From positions 39,990,001 to 40,054,000 of the forward strand of contig OX597815.1 of the NCBI GenBank assembly GCA_951406725.2: a DNA stretch of 64,000 bases. The letters run 5' to 3'. The stretch comes from Octopus vulgaris (taxonomy: Eukaryota). The translations under genes and the position numbers were made by a program. Below are positions 41,083 through 53,058 of the stretch, in pieces (position 1 is the stretch's first letter; every line of letters begins with the position of its first letter). Under the pieces are notes generated by a model. That model was not told the DNA's origin and did not search any database. It was given only the letters and a program-made list of their open reading frames with translations.

Positions 41083-41496
41083 GGTGGTGAGCTGGCAGAA
41101 GCGTTAGCGTGCCGGACGAAATGCTTATCGGTATTTCGCCTGCCGTTACGTTCTGAGTTCAAATTCCGCCGAGGTCGACTTTGCCTTTCATCCTTTCGGG
41201 GTCGATAAATTAAGTACCAGTTACTCACTGGGGTCGATATAATCGACTTAATCCGTTTGTCTGTCCTTGTTTGTCCTCTCTGTGTTTAGCCCCTTGTGGG
41301 TAGTAAAGAAATAGGCATTTCGCCTGCCGTTACGTTCTGAGTTCAAATTCCACCGAGCTCGACTTTGCCTTTCATCCTTTCGGGGTCGATTAAATAAGTA
41401 CTAGTCACGTACTGGGGTCGATATAATCGACTTAATCCGTTTGTCTGTCCTTGTTTGTCCTCTCTGTGCTTCGCCCCTTGTGGGTAGTAAAGAAAT
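41083..41496 (+). mobile_element. Dimeric copy of the same SINE
   Basis: Units start at 41130 and 41314 (184-nt period). Confidence 0.92.
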
Positions 41497-41633
41497 TGAA
41501 TTGAACGCCAATGAATTTAGTTGAATAAAAGTGTACAATGTTGAGTGAGAAAACAAGCAACAACAGGTTGATTTCAACGATATTTTTCTACATGAAATTC
41601 ACTTTGTGCTTTAAGAAAAGCAACAAGTATTAG

Positions 41634-41678
<45 letters not shown>

Positions 41679-42022
41679 TGTGTGTGTGTGTGTGTGCGTG
41701 TGTGTGCGCGTGTGTGCGCGTGTGTGTGTGTGTGGGTGTGCGCGCTGCTTGTATATGTGTTTTAAGAGCACAATGCAGATTGAATTGGGCTTAAAAATGA
41801 ACTAAATAGGACTAAATTCCAGCTTTCAATTTTGCACGTCAGTTCCCAGGGGGATCGGATTGTGCTCTTTGTCTCTGAATTGATAATAGATTTACTAGTA
41901 ATATATTTGTTATATACAATTTATTTGTAAAGTATATTGCAATGTACCAGTAATACATTTAGGTCCATTTCTATAACTGTATTATGACTAAGTTCTCTAC
42001 AATCGGACCTTGTTCTTCATCT

Positions 42023-42066
<44 letters not shown>

Positions 42067-42988
42067 AGGTGGTGCTATTAAGTTAGACATGGCCTGGGCC
42101 AATAATGGCCGAAACCTATCAAAGTATCAAAGTATCAAAGTATATATATATATATACACACACAATATACAAGTTTATACACTATTGCTCGGATACCTGA
42201 TCAATAAATGATACAGCTGAATTGATAATTATAAAATTCGTTATATATAATTCATTTAAACCAAAGATATAGTCTATATAAAAATCATATGAATATGAAT
42301 ATTATATATCATTAAAAATTTATAGTATAGGACAGTATTTCCTTTTTTAAATTGATGAGACATATAGCATAGTAGGAAGTGCTGAAATGTAAGCCATCAA
42401 ATGAAATAACACACCGATGTCATAATATTCTCTATTTAGATTATTGATCAATATCATCCAACACTGTCGCAAGCCTCTCAGTGTCATAACATGCTTTAGC
42501 ATTACACAGCTACAAACTTATATCACAGACATGACAGTATCATAAAATACTGGTGCTGCAAAATACCATCGCGTAAATACTCGTGTTACTGGCACACCTG
42601 TACAGATAACCCATACAACATATCGTTAATATAAGGCGTTGGAACCGCACACTTCAAAAACATTAAAATATTGCCACCAAACCATTCACTTTAATGTGAA
42701 ATATCAATAGCTTATATGTATCTCATATTACTAAACAAGAAAAAATACTGACAAATCTCAGAAGTGATTTTTTTAAAAATCCAAATGCTTTTCCAAAAGC
42801 TTTTTCGGCTTTAGGGAAAAATAACAAGGATTTTCTTGCAAGCATAAAATGATTAATATGGAGAAGATTTAAAATATTACTCCCAAACCTCTGACGCAAA
42901 ACACAATTTTGCAAAAAAATATTTAAAAAATGAAAATAAACTTTTCACGAAGTAACGCAGTGGAAGATGCGAACTAAGTTACACTTAC

Positions 42989-43223
42989 TGTCTCCAGGAC
43001 GATGCAAAGAATTGATCCCCACACTGCAGGTTAATAAAACACCTGTTAATTATGCTGTTCTGACAGTGCTGAACTGTTTCTAAGCTATTATGAATATTCA
43101 CTACAAAGAGCACAAGGTCATCGTGAGCCTCGTGTTGTGGTCATAGATGTAAGATAACCTCGGCGACAAGATGCAAACTGCTACCCTTTCAACTCACTAA
43201 ACTGGAACTCTATCCTTATTCAC
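42989..43223 (-). other. Candidate non-coding exon (5' UTR or lncRNA) of a host transcript
   Basis: Strong acceptor tttttttccctctcAG and consensus donor GTAAGT bracket 235 nt with no recognised repeat similarity. All three frames have early stops. Confidence 0.35.
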
Positions 43224-44049
43224 CTGAGAGGGAAAAAAATATAAATAATTGGTTTGTTTAAACCTGGCTTGTTACTGACGTTTGTTTTCTCTTTGTAAAG
43301 GAGTAAAATATAAATGTTGGCACGATAAACTTTTTAATTTGGGAATATAAGCTATAGTGTTTATCGATTATTCAATTTTCTACATACAAACTGAGGAAAA
43401 TGGTGTAATATCTTGTACAAAAAACAACATATTTAATGTGTAGTTATATTACGAAAGTGAATTTCAATGGCTATCATACCCAATAAGCGTCCAATGCAAT
43501 AAATATTTTGAATTATTTCCAAATGGATCATTCTCAAACATTTGTTCTTGTCTCTGAAAAACATAATTATAGCTGTTTAAAAAGTTGGCAGGAATTTCGA
43601 ATTCTGAAATAGATTTAATGATAGCAATTTCTTGAGCAGAAATAAAGTGCTTTTTTTTTTCATGTTGGTGTAGGAAAATACACTACCTTATAGCTTTCGT
43701 GCATTTTACAAGCGAATTACAAGCGTTGATAAAATCATTTTCATCAAGAAATCTAAACTGCCGCTTAAAAACCGGTTTAGAAACACTTTTACAAATGTAT
43801 CATCACACTTCTTGTAAAGCAATACTTAATGCTTTTATCGAAACTGCCCACAAGGACAGTATTATATGAGAGGTGAATAGTCGATTGAATCTTGTATGTT
43901 ATAGTGGAGATGAGATTGGTATTGAATGTACGGCCTTCGAAGTGATGAAGAGTATTATCGAACCCTATGCGATTTTAATATTACTAAAGTAAATAATAAT
44001 TTCTTATTGAAGTACAAGTCTATAAATATATGGGGAGTAGAATTTTATG

Positions 44050-45617
44050 ACTGAACTTAGGGAGAAAATACTTAAAGACTGCTATAATGTAGAGTGGCAG
44101 AAGAAAATAACGATGGGGTCAAGAAAGAGTAGTGGTGATATAGCTGCATTCTTCTTTATCCTTATCACAATCAAAAGATCTAATGCAGCAAGTATTCTAC
44201 AGACCCTTAGAATTAAAAACGGATCTCTGCGGTTTGAACGGCCGTTTTTTTTAAATAATTTCAACGTAACTAAACACTTTTAAACTTCGTATACTGGTAG
44301 AATGTGTTTATAAAACATCTTTTTCTCTTGGCTTTATTGAGAAAATTCTATAGTTTGTAAGATATATTTTGTTTTTTTCTTCTTCAATTTCTGCAATTTC
44401 AACCAATCAGTGACGTCTATTGAGTTAAAAAGCATTCTGTGCCATATGAATATGTCCCTCGTTTAAGAAACAGATTGGGTTTATTTACATTTGTGAAGAA
44501 AAAAAGATACCCTTCCCCCACCCCTAACCCTAAACCTAAAAGAGATTGAAATGCAATAGATCGATTCTAGGGTCATAATTATGGGTGACAATTTCATATG
44601 ACACCGCTAGAAAAAACTGCCGTTCAAACCGAAAAGATCCTTAAAAACTATTGGGAATTGACAGTTAAGTTCTTACTGTTGGTGATAAATTAATTAATGT
44701 CAGATACTCTTCCCTTCCCTTATTTTAATGTGACTATAAATTCGCCATGTCTATGTAAAAGAACACACCTCAGAAGATGCTAGCAAGATAATGGTATATC
44801 GGTGATAACCAGAAAGAAGAAGGGCAAAGGTGACTTAAATTATATTATTATTATCAATTAAAAGGAGCCTAAAATAGAAAAGGAAAGTCACAATGAGACC
44901 TAAGTGGGTATTAAGGGTTCAGGGTGGAAAATGTATATCCAAATTTAGCAAAATTTATATATTATATTTTGTATATTAAATAATATAATTTAGAAAATGA
45001 TTTAAGGACCAAATAAGAGAAGGATAGATAAAACAATCTAAGCCCTAAAAACGGGGTACTTTTATATAAAATGGAAACCTCATAATGATTCATCCTAATA
45101 TACTGTTAAAGTGATAATAATAAAACTATTCAACAACGAACTCATAATTAAATTCAGATTTCATCCGAGAAGGCGTACACATTTTCTAGTGCTAAAAAAA
45201 AAGATAAGCACTTCTATAATAGATAAACTTATTTAAAGGAACCTAGGAAAAATATAATTATATAAAGATTTCCATCATTGTGGATAAATCTTAAATGATA
45301 TAAGAAGGTATAAAAATGCCACACATATATACATAAAAATATTATATATATATATATATATTATAAAATGTAAATACAAATAAATAAATATAAATACCTT
45401 ATTGTATTATAATATGCCATGATTAACTATAGAGATAAATTACAAACCCCTTCACAATCCATAGAAGTTACACCAGTATATACGGGGTACATAGGTATAC
45501 AAAATATAATAATGTAATATAAAAGAATAAATAAAATAAAATAAACTAGCCCGTTGTTTTTTTTCTTCTGCCACTCTAAATTATAGTAGGCTTTAAGTAT
45601 TTTCTCCCTAAGTTCAT
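44050..45617 (+). mobile_element. Old PLE-like insertion with ~65-bp inverted termini and a decayed RT N-terminal relic
   Basis: Inverted repeat 44051-44117 / 45549-45617. PKTGYFYIKWKPH resembles PxPGxFYxLPKIH, and YIKDFHH resembles YIKDTxHF. Confidence 0.45.
44221..44640. mobile_element. Merlin-type MITE, copy 3
   Basis: Same TIRs and a perfect 8-bp TSD TTAAAAAC. Confidence 0.92.
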
Positions 45618-45865
45618 TCTGCTACAATAATAGCAGCAAACATTGTAATTCTTTTATTCTCTAGTTCTGACGAAAAATTTGTTAAAAAATTATAATGGAG
45701 TATCCCGTATATTGAAAACCTATATTGTCTTATGCTTCCAAGGAGAGCGGTTTCTTTCAAATTGATGTAATGCTTGCATTGATTGATTAAATGGAGCCGC
45801 TTGAAACGGCCGTAATGCACTAATGCATGGATATTCTTGTTACTTATTTGCTTTATATATATATA

Positions 45866-46095
45866 TATTTGTTGTATCTGGGGAGAGTCATTCTCTTTTA
45901 GAGCCTTATTATTTAACACACACACACTGGTTCAGTTTCCACTCATTTCTTTATTCTTCCTAAAATTTTCCTTGTGTCTTGTAACCTTTTCAATAGTCGT
46001 TGACTCTTGAGTCAAATGAATGGAAGCTGAACCGGAGAGGGTGTTAAATAATAAGGCACTAAAAAGAGAATGGCTCTACCCAGACACAACAAAAT
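45866..46095. mobile_element. Small foldback element with ~80-bp inverted arms
   Basis: tttgttgtatctgggagagtcattctctttt..ggttcagtttcca versus tggaagctgaacc..aaaagagaatggctctacccagacacaacaaa. Confidence 0.75.
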
Positions 46096-46152
46096 ATGCT
46101 TCAACACACGAACTCACATAAAGATTCTTGCACACTAAATCCCCAAACGAAC

Positions 46153-46217
<65 letters not shown>

Positions 46218-46221
<4 letters not shown>

Positions 46222-46732
46222 AGAGACAGAGAGGAGGCAACCAGAATTTTGGATAATTCTTTATATAGCGCTTTCGTCCACTCGTGGGAACTTTTCAGAA
46301 TAAATTTTCTGTGAAATTTCGTTGTTTTTATACAGATCATAAAGAATACAAAAGGAGAAAGTGGAAAGAAGAGGGGAGAGAGGGAAAGATGGGAAGATAG
46401 AAAGGATAGAGAAAAGAAAATAGGCAGGAAGGGAGAATGCATTTGAGGATGGTTTGTGATTTACATCTGTTTGCACCTGAAAACCACAAACTATCCCCAA
46501 ATATTCTTTCTTCTTTTCTATTTTTTCTTTCCTCTATCCTCTCTATCTTCTCATTTCTCCTCCTCTCCCCACTTCCTTGTTCTTTTCTCTTTTTCCTTCT
46601 GCATTCTTTATGATCTGTATAAAAAGCAACGACATTTTACAGAAAATTTACTCTGAAGAGTACCCACGAATGAACGAAAGTGCTAAATAAAGAATTATCC
46701 AAACTCCTGACTGCCTCTTTTTCTTGATATAT
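46218..46732. mobile_element. About 510-bp imperfect palindrome made of two inverted HHR-bearing pseudo-LTRs
   Basis: Arms are mirrored about ~46472. HHR-like motifs lie at 46647-46691 (+) and 46260-46304 (-). Confidence 0.85.
46647..46691 (+). ncRNA. Minimal hammerhead motif
   Basis: tttact-CTGAAGA-gt..ac-GAAA-gtg-CTA-aataaa. The mirror copy has stem III AGCGCT. Confidence 0.6.
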
Positions 46733-46761
46733 AAAATCTGTACATATCACTTCTAATAACT

Positions 46762-46876
46762 TACACACACACATACATACATACATACATACATACATAC
46801 ATACATACATACATACATACATACATACATACATACATACATACATACATACATACATACATACGTACGTACGTAC
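46762..46876. repeat. (TACA)n microsatellite
   Basis: Direct inspection. Confidence 0.95.
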
Positions 46877-47385
46877 ATGGTGGCTGCCCCCTCGATATCG
46901 AGTATGGCCATTGCGCGAAGCTTAATCAATGTTGTTATCGTGCAATGCCTGTGCAAGAAGATTTTTTTTTAAGTGAGGAAAGGCTGTGCACTGAGTCAAT
47001 CCCACTCACTAAGCAACAGCACCCATAATCCGAAAAAAGAACAAGTCAGTATCCTCAGTAACCACTGAGCCGCAGATTTTATGTCGGAGTTATCCCAGTT
47101 ACCTAAGTTACCTTCTCCTAGAAGGATGCCCTAACAAAGGATAGGAGTTCTTCACTCCCAATGGTTTAACCGCGCGATCGAGTATTCAGTCCGATTATTT
47201 CTATGTCCCCGCGCATGATACAGCCTTAAGACATTTATTGGATGACCGTTGACTATCAAGAGTTCCTCCGCCCTTTGACGGGTTTTGTTTTTCATCCCGC
47301 AGGGTGACCAATAAACACCCTCCTCACCAAGCAAGCTTGGTGGGGTTGACGGTTTAGTCGCCGACGACCCGACCATGCAACACAT
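46877..47385 (-). mobile_element. Short non-autonomous retroelement resembling joined RTE 5' UTR and 3' end
   Basis: Minus strand has a GC-rich multi-hairpin 5' end, an RTE-UTR-like ctaggagaaggtaact, and a 3' end gagggggcagccacc followed by (TATG)n. Confidence 0.5.
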
Positions 47386-48016
47386 ATAATGTGAATAAAA
47401 ACTTATGAAATTGAAGGAAAGGAAATCATATCTACCAGATCGGAGATAGACTTTCAATGAATATCAGTTAACGTTTATGCTTCTAATATTAATGGTTAAA
47501 TCGCGTTTTCCCATTCCACATTATGCAAAGCTCAAAACGTGATTAATACAGTTGCATCTCTGTTGAAACTAACACGCATAGAGATATAGTCTCGTTCAAT
47601 GTAACCACTCTGACGAAGTATGCAAGAAAACAAACTGTCGACCAAACAAATCTGCAATCTGATTTCGATTCCAAATTACAACAACCTGAAATTATTTCTC
47701 TGATGACCTTACAAAATACACTTGTTTTTTCTATTTTATATTGCAATCAGTGAAGAAACAAGCCAGTCAAGGAAAACAAATCTCATTTTAAATTAATACA
47801 ATACCATTTATTACCATTGCACTGAGAGGTAATTCATTGGTAATTCGAATCCGTTATCTATTCCCATGTAATACCATTTCATCTCAGTTACGACACTAAT
47901 TTCATATCTAAGAAACTATTAAGAAACTAGTATACCTATATTAACGAAATAAAAGATATTTCAATTCAGATTTTATTTATTGTTTTATGTATCATTATTA
48001 TTTATTATTAGATGAA

Positions 48017-48600
48017 GGCGGTGAGCTGGCAGAAATGTTAGCACGCCGGGCGAAATGCGTAGCCGTATTTCGTCTGCCGTTACGTTCTGAGTTCAAATTC
48101 CGCCAAGGTCGACTTTGCCTTTCATCCTTTCGGGATCGATTAAATAAGTAGCAGTTATGTACTGGGGTCGATGCAATCGACTTAATCCATCCGTCTGTCT
48201 GTCCTTGTTTGTCCCCTCTGTATTTAGCCCCTTGTGGGTAGTAAAGAAATAGGTATTTCGTCTGCCGTTATGTTCTGAGTTCAAATTCCGCCGAAGTCGA
48301 CTTTACCTTCCATCCTTTCGGGGTCGATAGATTAAGTATCAGTTATGCACTGGGGTAGATGCAATCGACTTAATCCGTTTGTCTGTCCTTGTTTATCCTC
48401 TCTGTGTTTATCCCCTTGTGGGTAGTAAAGAAATGGGTATTTCGTCTGCCGCTGCGTTCTGAGTTCAAATTCCGCTCCGGTCGACTTTGCCTGTCATCCT
48501 TTCGGTGTCGATTAATAAGTACCAGTTATTCACTGAAGTCGATGTAATTGACTCAATCCTTTCTCCAAAATTTGGGGCCTTGTGCTTCCATTAGAAAGGA
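48017..48600 (+). mobile_element. Trimeric SINE with a single 19-bp TSD
   Basis: Units start at ~48064, 48252 and 48436. TTATTTATTATTAGATGAA occurs at 47998-48016 and 48601-48619. Confidence 0.93.
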
Positions 48601-48623
48601 TTATTTATTATTAGATGAATGTA

Positions 48624-49878
48624 TTAGGTTGTTCCGAAAATAGTGGCCGCTGTAAGTAATGTGTTTTGAAACACAATTTTATCATAACATTTTAATTATA
48701 TTTTAGGTGAATTTTGACTTACTTAATAATTGATGTATGCTCTTTAATAATTTTCTACTTTTTTCAGACAGAAAACATTCTTGAAGCATATGCACCCTTA
48801 ATTATGAGCATGACAAAAAAAAAAGGGCCATCGCTTACTCTTCTTGCATGAGTTCTAGCTTAGGCACAATGCCTCCCAAGCTGCTGCCAAAAATCATGGG
48901 GAAAGGGGTCCACAAGTGATCGCACTGTACGAAGGTGGTTTCAGAAACTTCGTAGTGGTGATGAAAGCCTTGAAGATAAAGAAGGTAGAGGATGGTCATG
49001 CATTCTTGACAATGAACAATTGAAAGCCATTGTTGAACAAAATCCACGTTAAAGTGTGAGAGAAATGTCTCAGGCACTTAGTGTTGGTATTGCAACGGTT
49101 TCACGCAATCTGCAGAAGATTGGTCATGTGAAAAGGCTCGATAAACGGGTACCGCATGAGCTCAATGAAAATCAAAAAGTTCGGCGTTTTGAAATGTGCT
49201 CGATGCTCTTTCTACGAAACACCAATGATCCTTTTCTTGACCGAATAGTCACTTGTGGCGAAAACTGGATCCTTTATGATAACCGTAAACGATCAGGTCA
49301 ATGGCTGGCTTGATCGTGATGAGTCCCCTAAACATTTCCCAAAGCCAAAGTTGTATCAGCAAAAGATTAGGGTGACTGTCTGGTGGTCTGCAATTGGTGT
49401 TGTCTATTACAGCTTTCTGGGAGCTAATCAGATCATTACAGCAGAGGTTTACTGCAATCAACTCGCTGAAATGCATGCTCACTTGCAAAAAATGAGACCG
49501 GCATTGGTGAATCGGCGTAGACGATAATACAAAGCCTCATGTTGCAAGAATGACGCTTCAGAAACTCACAGACTTGGGATACGAAACTTTTCCACATCCT
49601 CTATATTCTCCTGACTACCATTTTTTAAGCATTTAAACACGTTTTTAAGTGATAAAACTTTCAGGTCCAAACCAGAAGTGGAATCAGCTTTCAAAGATTT
49701 CTTAGCATCAAAACCAATAAGTTTTTATCAATGAGTCATAAATAATATTGTTGATCGATGGCAGAGATGCATAGATGTTCACAGCTCATATGTTGAATAA
49801 TCAAAACATTTCTATTGTTAATTTTTCCAGAATAAAATTATGTTCCTGAAGTCGGCCATTATCTTCAGAACAAACTAA
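48624..49878 (+). mobile_element. Full-length defective mariner element
   Basis: TA TSD, TIRs TTAGGTTGTTCCGAAAATAGTGGCCG / CGGCCATTATCTTCAGAACAAACTAA, and motifs RVPHEL, TCGENWILYDN, DNTKPH, HPLYSPD. Contains stops and frameshifts. Confidence 0.95.
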
Positions 49879-52149
49879 TAGTTAAAAACTATCGCGTAGA
49901 TTCTAAAGTTTTGATTTGTTACTGAATCTGAACTGTTTAGCTTCTGATTTTATTTTTTTAGTTGAAAATATTTATTGAAAATTATTCAAAATAATTACCG
50001 GAGAAAAATCAATGTAATAACTTACATATTTTTATATTATGACATTTGGTTAGCTGAAAACTGACTTGAAATGATTTTCTTCTATAGACATTATCTTCTA
50101 TGCTCACATGCACCAGAATTTTATCCACAGAGAATAATTTAAATATCCGGATACACAAGGCACATTATTACCATACTAGATTTTTTTTAAGAATAATGAA
50201 TTTTATAAGAGTAATGAATTGACAACGGTGGCAGAACGCTGGATGAAATGCTTTTCATTGTTTAATTTCGTCTTTCTACTCATTGAGCTCAAGTCCCACT
50301 GGTATTTATTTTGCATTTTATCGCTCTAGGATTGAATAAATGCCAAGCATGCATTGAAGTTTATATAATTTAATATACCCCTTAATCAACAACGTAAAGC
50401 TGGATGAAACACCACCAAGCACCCTGCCAGGCGTGCTAATGATTCAGCCATAACTGGAATGCCTTTGATCATAAGTCTGCTATGTCAAGAGATGTTGAAC
50501 TTGGGCTTAATAACAATATAAGAAACCATTTTATTACTTTGTTATAACGATGATGAGCTAACAGGAATGGAGGATCAGTAGACTTATTATCTTATGCCAC
50601 TTTCTCTTAAGAATTTTTGTGAGTTCAAATACATATAAAGTCGCCTTATTTCTCCAGGACTGATAGCATAAATATCAGTCTTGATCTGATTCAGAATCAA
50701 TCGAATATATTTTGTCTCTGCAAATATGTTGCCTTCTCTCTATGTAAGATAGCATTATATTGATTGTCAGTCTAAATATTTGACCTACATCTTATCTAAT
50801 GTCATATAAAACATTAATATAAAATTTCAACTGGTCCCTGGTTGTTTTTTTTCTTTTTGTATTTTATAATAATGTGTAGTATAACAAATGATTATGAGCA
50901 AAAGATGAATTTAATGCAGATTTTTATAAGCAATAATCAATGAGTTAATCAATGAATAAGACCAATGGCAATCAAAGTCAAAGCGATTTTTCAATCCACA
51001 ATAGCAGATTTTCCTTCTCTAAACAGAAATCTTACAGAAGTTTCAGAAGACGACAAACAATCTTATCTTCCCTACACATCTTATTCATTTCTATGTCTTC
51101 ATGTTTTTATCTACATTTATTCCCCCGACGTGTAACAAAAATAAATAAACAAAACGAACGGATGAAAATCATTCACTTTTTACTTTTTTTCACGAGGAAT
51201 ATTTTACATTCACTTATTTTATATCAAATTTATCTTTTAAATATATCGTGCTGTTCTTCTTCTTGTATGTTTATTCTTCTTGTGTGTTTATTTTATCTAC
51301 ACTACTCCACTGAGAAAATCGGTTCAATTTTTTGTTATATTTTAGGATTGTAATAACGAGTCGATTCCTAAGTTGTCAATACTTCTATGTTGTATCATAC
51401 AGATGAGAAGTCAAAAGTTGGTTGTTTTAAAACTAAAATAATTCTGCATGTGATTTTAAGTAAGCAAAATTAGATTGAATAATGGGAAGAGTCATTTTCT
51501 TTGGATTTTGTTTTGATTTTTCCTATTTCATTTTTGTAACTTCTCCTTTCTATACTTCATCATGCTATAGTTAAATATTTCTATAAAATACGAAGTCTTT
51601 CCTTTCTTTTCTCTTTCTTCAATTGTTTTTATTTTATCGATTTCCTGACAGAAACTAAAACTAGTTCATTTAATAACCGGTATCGATACAATAAGACGAA
51701 CATATATTATTACAGCTTTATGAGTTTCTAAGTTCTTGCTTGTCTGTGATTCACTTTATATTTTTTCTGTTTTGGAATTTTACCAAACAGTCATATTGAT
51801 TTAAATCTTCATTGCCATTACTGTTCTGATGAAGTGTGCTTGCCGTAATGTTATTGTTCTCATTTTCGTCGCCGTAAATTTGATTATGTAAAAAAATGCT
51901 GTTCAAGTAGTTAATGTTGGTGGTTTTGAACAATACTAGCTATGAGTCTCTGTGGAATAAAACTATTCACTCTAACATGATTATGGAAATAGTTCCATAA
52001 CTAATTAGAAAATCTGCCGTGGAGATTTCAACTAAAAACTGTAACTGACGGATTCACTTTGCAGTCATAAGCCTTGAAACCTTACTAAATTTTCAGTTCT
52101 TTATTCTGAGAATAAACTAGAAATAGGTACATAAAATCATTGTTCTTTT

Positions 52150-52870
52150 CCCAGCGAATACAAGTTGTTAGTGAGTAAAGAGTAACTAAAACAGGATCTG
52201 CAGAGAAATTGCCGGGAGGGATTAAAACAGGTGTTATATGATTTTAGAAGGGCAGAAAGGCAGTGCCTACGAAGCTTGATCATATATACTCTCTTACTTC
52301 TTTTATTTGGTGATAAAGATTAAAAATGTGAAGGAATTTTTAAAGCAATGCTAGAGAAGCTTTTACTTGTACTTCAGCAGGAACGAAAATCGGTGAAATC
52401 TCTTCCAGAACCGTAGAGCAAAATTTGAAAGTCAATATTGCCTTAGATGTTACAAAGACAAAAACCTATAGTTGGGCATGAAAATAAACTATGACAAGTT
52501 TTATTCTGACAAGTCTCAAAGAGGATTCCGCTCCCAAACATTAAACTTTCTATATATTTATTAGCTATCTTTACGAATGAATTACCAGAAATATATTCCT
52601 ATTCGATAAAGTGCTACGCTCAACTTATAGCTTGGATCATGTTGTGAGCAGGATGTAAAACTGGCGATTTTTTTTTCTGTACTGTCTGTTTAACTGGTAT
52701 ATTTTGGCCAAGTGTCACTCTCGAGGGAATCGATAAGGATCTACAAAAATGCTCTCTGGAAACTGTTTCTTCAGTGAATGTGAAAGTGAACCATTTTATA
52801 TGTGTATAAAATAGTATTTAGAAACATACGTAAAACTATGCGGAAAACACTCAAGTATATGAAGAAGCTG
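52150..52870 (+). pseudogene. Highly decayed CR1/L2-like RT relic
   Basis: EKLPGGIKTGVI..KGRKAVPT...SLTSF and LLAIFTNELPE resemble LINE RT motifs. Confidence 0.45.
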
Positions 52871-52990
52871 TGCCATAAGGACAGAGTGACATAACTCAAA
52901 GTGATTCTATATTACTCTCCAAGAGCGGCCCTTAAAGTTCCTTATCTTTTCCCCTCTGCAAATATTACAAAATAGCTCTCTCTCTTTCTT

Positions 52991-53030
<40 letters not shown>

Positions 53031-53058
53031 CCTTTCTCAATTTCTCTCTTTCTATCTA

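Noticed and set aside
40078-41496. CRISPR-like or satellite array
   Set aside because: The units are ~184-nt SINE segments without unique spacers, dispersed at several loci in eukaryotic DNA.
51347-51420. Possible plus-strand coding exon after a polypyrimidine-AG
   Set aside because: The donor is weak and the peptide is unrecognisable. Such sites are common by chance in AT-rich DNA.
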